The position numbers and the translations under genes were made by a program. From positions 1-23,508 of the forward strand of contig NW_021836672.1 of the NCBI RefSeq assembly GCF_006345805.1: a stretch of DNA of 23,508 nucleotides, given 5' to 3'. This document shows, one piece after another, positions 19,539 to 23,508 of this stretch. The DNA is from Octopus sinensis. Taxonomy: Eukaryota. The stretch's first letter is position 1. Each line of letters starts with the position of its first letter. The notes under the pieces are model-generated. The model made no database searches, was not told the origin of the DNA, and saw nothing but the letters and a program-made list of their open reading frames with translations.

Positions 19539-19997
19539 TATTTCTTAACTACCCAAAAGGGGCTACACACATGGGGGACAAACAAGGACAGACAAACGGA
19601 TTAAGTCGATTATATCGACCTCAGTGCGTAACAGGTACTTATTTAATCGACCTCGGCGGAATTTGAACTCAGAACGTAGCGGCGAACGAAATACTGCTAA
19701 GCAATTCGCCCGGCGTGCTAACGTTTCTGCCAGCTCGCCGCCTTTATCGAATTCAAAATATCTTATTTCTTTACTACCCACAACGGGCTACACACAGAGG
19801 GGACAAACAAGGACAGACAAATGGATTAAGTCGATTATATCGACCCCAGTGCGTAACAGGTACTTATTTAATCGACCTCGAATGGATGAAAGGCTAAGTC
19901 GACCTCGGCGGAATTTGAACTCACAACGTAACGGCAGACGAAATACTGCTAAGCATTTCGCCCGGCGTGCTAACGCTTCTGCCAGCTCGCCGCCTTT
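19539..19997 (-). mobile_element. Two head-bearing A-t copies in tandem (19539-19745, 19764-19997), bounded by three copies of one ~18-bp target
   Basis: at(t/c)gaattcaaaata(t)ct at 19522-19538, 19746-19763 and 19998-20015. Confidence 0.92.
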
Positions 19998-20004
19998 ATT
20001 GAAT

Positions 20005-20335
20005 TCAAAATATCTTGCGTAGGAAGTGAGCTGCGTCTAGCGAGGTTATTATTTTAGACTGCATGCAGATTTATGAGCTCTACTTTGGTGTTTGGGTTTG
20101 TGTTTGTGTTAACGTTCTCTTTTATCATATCTAATTCTCCAATTATTATTGGCACCGTTCTAACTTTCATACCTGCTTCCTGCATATTTCCATTTTAAGG
20201 TCATTCATTGTACTTGGATAGTTTTTCGAACTCTTTCCGTAATAACAAAGATTCTCTCTCTTCTGTTCTCAATAACAATATCTCGAAACATTATCTTGAT
20301 TTGTTTGTTAGTCTGGGCAGCAATGTCCCTGATTA
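20005..20335 (-). pseudogene. Highly decayed 3' end of an RLE-class (R4/Dong-like) LINE ORF
   Basis: Frameshifted fragments QTNKQIKIMFRDIVI / KEFEKLSKY / DLKMEI / TVPIIIGELDMIK / AAHFLRKIF-stop parallel the 21592-21878 copy. Confidence 0.75.
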
Positions 20336-20489
20336 TAGAAGCCAGATCAAGTATCGTGTTTGGCATATGCCTACATCACTTCTTCGATTTCGAAAACTGT
20401 TGGCGTATTACCTAATTCATTTAGCTTCCGACTCGGTCGTGTTTCGTGGATATACTTTGCCTTTGGTAAGCATTAAATAGTCGGAACGG

Positions 20490-20782
20490 GTATCTGTAAT
20501 TGCCTCACTGTCCTGATTGCAACGCACTTCCGTTCTTCTGGGTCTTTACTTTCTGAGTTCAACGGCACTTTCGCTCCTCCAGGGTTGGTAAAAGAAAAAA
20601 AATACCAGTCAAGAAATGAGGTCCATAGTATAGACTATTCCCTCCCTTCAAAAGCTGATACCCTTATGCACTTCGAACAAAATGCTTAGTAGCATTTCGT
20701 CCGTTCACGTTCTGAGTTCAAATTCCAGCGAGGTTGACTTTAGCATTTATCCCTTCGGGTTTGATGAAATAAGTACCAGTCA
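20490..20782 (+). mobile_element. Two old family A fragments
   Basis: ctgagttcaa and ataccagtc motifs at 20552-20610; aaatgcttag...gagttcaaattcc...aagtaccagtc at 20680-20782. Confidence 0.6.
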
Positions 20783-20904
20783 CAGAATAACAGTTGTGGT
20801 TCGTCTGCGTATTTACTGAACCATTGCCGAGCGAGAGACCTTCCCTTAAAAGTCCAGCTTCATTTTCGCTGTTACCACCAAAGTTTCTTCGGAAACTCCT
20901 GTCT

Positions 20905-20905
20905 C

Positions 20906-20958
<53 letters not shown>

Positions 20959-20998
20959 TGTTATTATTGTTGTTGTTGTTATTATTATTATCATCATC
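20905..20998. repeat. (TTA)n microsatellite
   Basis: Direct reading. Confidence 0.95.
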
Positions 20999-21220
20999 AA
21001 GGTAGCGAGCTAGTAGAATCAGCAGCACGCCGGGCAAAATGCTTAGCGGTGTTACGTCTGTCGCTACGTTCTGAGTTCAAATCCCGCCGAGGTCGACTTT
21101 GCCTTTCATCTTTTTGGGGTCAATAAATTAAGTACCAGCGAAACACTGGGGTCGATGCAATTGACTTGTCTCCTTCCCACAAATTTGAGGCCTTGTACCT
21201 ATAGTAGAAAGGATTATTGT
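20999..21220 (+). mobile_element. SINE A-s, full length
   Basis: aaggtagcgagctagtag head, A core, tail gaggccttgtacctatagtagaaaggattatt. Confidence 0.88.
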
Positions 21221-21241
21221 TATTATTATTACTTTTATTAT

Positions 21242-21429
21242 CAAAGTGGCGAGCTAGTAGCATCATTAGCACGCCGACAAAAGTGCTTGGCGGTATTTCG
21301 TCCGTCTTTACGTCCCGTGTTCAAATTCCGTCGATAAAATAATTAATTATCAGTCAAGTACTAGAGGTTGTAGAAATCGACTTTCCCCTCACTTCGAAGA
21401 CTTCTAGCTGTAATGAAAAATTTGAAGCC

Positions 21430-21430
<1 letters not shown>
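21242..21430 (+). mobile_element. Diverged SINE family A with an internal deletion
   Basis: aaagtggcgagctagtag head; attccg is joined directly to tcgataaa at ~21330. Confidence 0.7.
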
Positions 21431-21500
<70 letters not shown>

Positions 21501-21503
<3 letters not shown>

Positions 21504-21878
21504 TAGTTTTATAGCGTGCTTTCACCTCACTACCGAGCACAGCTCTGTGTGCCTTGGGTATGTGCTGTGATTTGTTGTGATGCTCTGATGGTTATTGTAT
21601 GGAAAGTGTTCTGCGTAGGATGTGTGCAGTGCCTAGTAGTGCAATTTTCTGTATGTTATATGTGTTTGTAAGTCCTGGTGTTTTTGTTATGTATTTGTCT
21701 GAATATTTTTTTATCATGCCTAATGCACCTACTATGATAGGAATTGTTTCTGTTTTCAGATTCCACATTCTAGTTACCTCTATTTCCAGGTCTTTTTGTA
21801 TTTTGAGAGTTTCTCCATTTCTTTTAGAGAGACGTTGTCATCTGCTGGTATTGATACATCAATTAGAAAGCATTTTTT
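21501..21878 (-). mobile_element. 5'-truncated RLE-class non-LTR retrotransposon (R4/Dong-like): C-terminal endonuclease region plus 3' UTR, flanked by (TAA)n
   Basis: The minus strand encodes KKCFLIDVSIPADDNVSLKEMEKLSKYK-(frameshift)-DLEIEVTRMWNLKTETIPIIVGALGMIKKYSDKYITKTPGLTNTYNIQKIALLGTAHILRRTLSIQ-stop (21592-21594), a typical RLE C-terminus. Confidence 0.9.
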
Positions 21879-21882
21879 ATTA

Positions 21883-21940
<58 letters not shown>

Positions 21941-21945
21941 TATTA

Positions 21946-21992
<47 letters not shown>

Positions 21993-21994
21993 TA

Positions 21995-22038
<44 letters not shown>

Positions 22039-22148
22039 GTTTTTTTCTTCTTTCTTCAAATTTTCTTCCGTTTCTCGCAGAGTGTTTTCCGTACACCTAG
22101 GGTAGAGAAGCTCATTGTATGCATTCCCAGATTACACACGCAAATTCA

Positions 22149-22186
<38 letters not shown>

Positions 22187-22218
22187 TATTATTATTATTA
22201 TTATTATTATCATTATTA

Positions 22219-22267
<49 letters not shown>

Positions 22268-22301
22268 CATCATTATTATTATTATCATTATTATTATTAT
22301 C

Positions 22302-22360
<59 letters not shown>

Positions 22361-22412
22361 CATTATTATTATCATTATTATTATTATCATTATTATTATT
22401 ATTATTTATTAA
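21879..22412. repeat. Long (TTA)n tracts enclosing a ~110-bp unique insert (22040-22150), possibly another LINE 3' end
   Basis: The tracts are read directly; the identity of the insert is a guess from context. Confidence 0.85.
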
Positions 22413-22705
22413 TTAATCTCGTTGGTGTTTCTGTTGCTGTTTTCGTTGTTGCATTTGGGCCGGAAATAGAGATTTGGATTGTCTAGTTTACTGGGTATGT
22501 GCCAGTTTTAATTTTTCTGATGTTATTACAACAATATGGATGTTGTAATAGGAATTCCTTTCTGTTTTACGGCCTGCTGAATATTTTGGGAATCCCAGTA
22601 TTGCGCGCTTCCCGCATGTTACGTTGGAAGGTTGTTAGGAGTTAGATTAATGTGCTTCTCACAGACCTACCCTTCCCTTTCTCTTCCTCCTGCTCTTCTC
22701 TCTCG

Positions 22706-22706
<1 letters not shown>

Positions 22707-22783
<77 letters not shown>

Positions 22784-22986
22784 ATATATATATATATAGA
22801 TATATATATATATATATATAATATATATATATATATTATATATATATGATATATATATACATATATATACATATATATTATATATATATATATATACATA
22901 TAAATATATATATAGATATACAATAAAATATATATATATATATAGATATAATATTATATATATATATATATAAATATATAATATAT

Positions 22987-23053
<67 letters not shown>

Positions 23054-23060
23054 ATATATG
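22707..23060. repeat. (TA)n microsatellite, interrupted
   Basis: Direct reading. Confidence 0.97.
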
Positions 23061-23508
23061 CATATACGATACATACATGTGTTTAGGTGTTTGCAATTTT
23101 TTGGCTAAAGTTACAAAAGAAACTCAACGGCCAATAATTTCCTAACAAAGCACTTATAAAAACCAAACATACACACACATACACTCGTCTGCGCGCACAC
23201 ACACACACATACTTACATATATTTCATTGTATGTATGTATGTAACATTGAAAGAAAAGGAAGACTCGGCCTCAGGCCAAGACTGATACTTTAGTTTTTTG
23301 ACTCGGAAAAGATAAAGGTAAATTTGATCGCAACAGTATTTGAAGACAAGGCGTAGACCCTGATGAGTTATAGCAAACCTACCAATTGGATGTCTAATGG
23401 ATATGCACGTATGAATATATATGCGAATGTGTATGTGTGTGTGTTGTAACAAATAAGAAGAATGGATTAAGCAAGCCATATACTATTTCAATTTACAGTT
23501 GTTTCATC

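Noticed and set aside
19640-21340. Recurrent deletion between GTCGA repeats in family A
   Set aside because: Only the ~19650 deletion is cleanly between the repeats; the ~21330 deletion has different endpoints
22524-22550. 10-bp perfect hairpin tattacaaca/tgttgtaata (similarly the 9-bp one at 8769-8793)
   Set aside because: Short and AT-rich, with no supporting context
15-23074. ORFs rich in YI, LSIY, I/L/Y runs, HT or S/E/R runs
   Set aside because: They arise from (TA)n, (TATC)n, (TTA)n, (CA)n and (CTT)n tracts that lack stops in some frames

Overview
Repeat-saturated, AT-rich eukaryotic intronic/intergenic DNA. The SINE families and R4/Dong-type LINE remnants resemble those I recall from Octopus genomes; this is recalled, not searched. 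There is no intact protein-coding gene, tRNA, rRNA or CRISPR array, and nearly all ORFs in the track are microsatellite or SINE read-throughs. Content: about 25 tRNA-derived SINE copies in three families (my labels: A = GGCGGCGAGCTGGCAG head, with a long-tail form A-t and a short-tail form A-s; B = GGAGTGGCTGTGTGG head with an internal microsatellite; C = tRNA-Lys-like head), a Tc2/mariner-type MITE, two RLE-class LINE 3' remnants in (TAA)n, many microsatellites and one weak candidate exon. Most notable: (1) A-t repeatedly lands at NGTATT-like sites, including its own sequence, and forms 184-bp head-to-tail concatemers with a fixed breakpoint at three loci; (2) a three-level nested self-insertion that would form a long dsRNA stem; (3) a 14 x ~113-bp B-box-containing satellite made from a SINE interior; (4) two (TA)n-associated foldback inversions, one next to a decayed Penelope-type hammerhead-like motif.
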